Of a DNA stretch of 64,000 nucleotides, positions 63,460 through 64,000 are shown one piece after another. Source of the DNA: a virus. Taxonomy: Duplodnaviria; Caudoviricetes. A program made the position numbers and the translations under genes. The stretch is from IMG/VR virus record IMGVR_UViG_3300032310_000320, positions 10,432 through 74,431 of that record; one strand, given 5' to 3'. The first letter of the stretch is position 1; every line of letters starts with the position of its first letter. Below the pieces are notes generated by a model that was not told where the DNA came from, ran no database searches, and was given only the letters and a program-made list of their open reading frames with translations.

Positions 63460-64000
63460 CTAATTTGTGGTTAATCCTATGTGCTTGTAAAACGCTTTAA
63501 GCTCATCTTCCCGTTTGAAGAACATGGACGGCATGAACTTAACTTCTTGATGAGTTGTTAATTTAGCCCGCCACAGCAAGTAAATGTAATCCAGCAACTT
63601 CTTAGAAACCTTTGTCAAACTAATGGCTGGATCAGAATTTGTCATGAAGATGCGCCACAAAAAATCTTCTGGCCTTGAGGGTTTCTGCTGTTTGTAATAC
63701 TCACATGCCTTTTCATTGTGCCACGCGTTAAACACTGATAACGCACGATCAAAATTCATGCCGGGAGTTTCGTCTTCAAAGAACCGTTTACCGTTCGAGT
63801 AGTTGACACCCATGTAAGCATACAGACGGCTTAATCGATTAGGTTTGAACGGATGCACAAATCTTCGAGGGTCACCGATTTCCGCCAGTATGTTGCCTAT
63901 TGAATGCTTGTCAATAAACGGAATGAACGACAAGAACGACCACGCAGGATGTTGCTTGAGTGCCTTGTCTATCTGTTCCGGCTCACTGTCAGCCTTCAGT
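63460..64000 (-). CDS. IS110-family recombinase C-terminal (HhH)-like protein, 5' end outside the window
   Basis: Frame is open to the window edge: HPAWSFLSFIPFIDKHSIGNILAEIGDPRRF...LYAYMG matches the Transposase_20 pattern. Confidence 0.55.
   Translation of the reverse strand, partial: LKADSEPEQIDKALKQHPAWSFLSFIPFIDKHSIGNILAEIGDPRRFVHPFKPNRLSRLYAYMGVNYSNGKRFFEDETPGMNFDRALSVFNAWHNEKACEYYKQQKPSRPEDFLWRIFMTNSDPAISLTKVSKKLLDYIYLLWRAKLTTHQEVKFMPSMFFKREDELKAFYKHIGLTTN

Noticed and set aside
481-63474. Numerous plus-strand ORFs in the track (e.g. 32851..33834, 37426..37962, 39308..39982, 53168..53782)
   Set aside because: They are antisense shadows of well-supported minus-strand genes, with no SD or recognisable motifs.
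1-64000. Stop-codon reassignment as in some huge phages
   Set aside because: Long genes are intact in code 11, and TAG/TGA stops sit next to terminators or overlap the next start (e.g. 1721, 6353, 30734).
1-64000. tRNA or rRNA genes
   Set aside because: No cloverleaf or T-loop (GTTCRA) in a plausible context and no rRNA-like tracts seen by eye; tRNAscan-SE would confirm.

Overview
This window looks like part of a large (jumbo-type) tailed dsDNA phage genome, not a bacterial chromosome. About 80 tightly packed genes lie almost all on the minus strand and read in the standard genetic code. In plus-strand order: (1) 1-7.7 kb: accessory region with CsrA, a class II ribonucleotide reductase and seven single-gene cassettes. 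(2) 8-20.3 kb: a 17-gene glycan synthesis/modification operon (glycosyltransferases, methyltransferases, sulfotransferase, DUF115-like proteins, cupin) with an embedded metacaspase. (3) 20.2-35 kb: probable virion/morphogenesis block with a portal candidate, tubulin/FtsZ-family GTPase, SF2 helicase, 2OG-Fe(II) oxygenase, two more glycosyltransferases and several proteins sharing a TAx[DEQ]LG motif. (4) 36-38 kb: two more cassettes. (5) 38-64 kb: replication/recombination block (RuvC-like, DEDDh exonuclease, ThyX, PhoH, RecA, UDG-PolA fusion, primase, DnaB, SF2 helicase) containing several apparent pseudo-enzymes and an IS110-like fragment. The strongest unexplained signal is a set of nine stereotyped cassettes. 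Each has a fixed-spacing CTAAAT...GTCATAWWACATG promoter-like box, a covarying 5' hairpin, a Shine-Dalgarno site, exactly one unknown ORF, and an imperfect terminator followed by U7-8 and AGCTAT. In four cassettes the TAA of CTAAAT is exactly the stop codon of the upstream gene. No rRNA, tRNA or CRISPR array was recognised. All family calls come from motif recognition by eye; no database searches were run.
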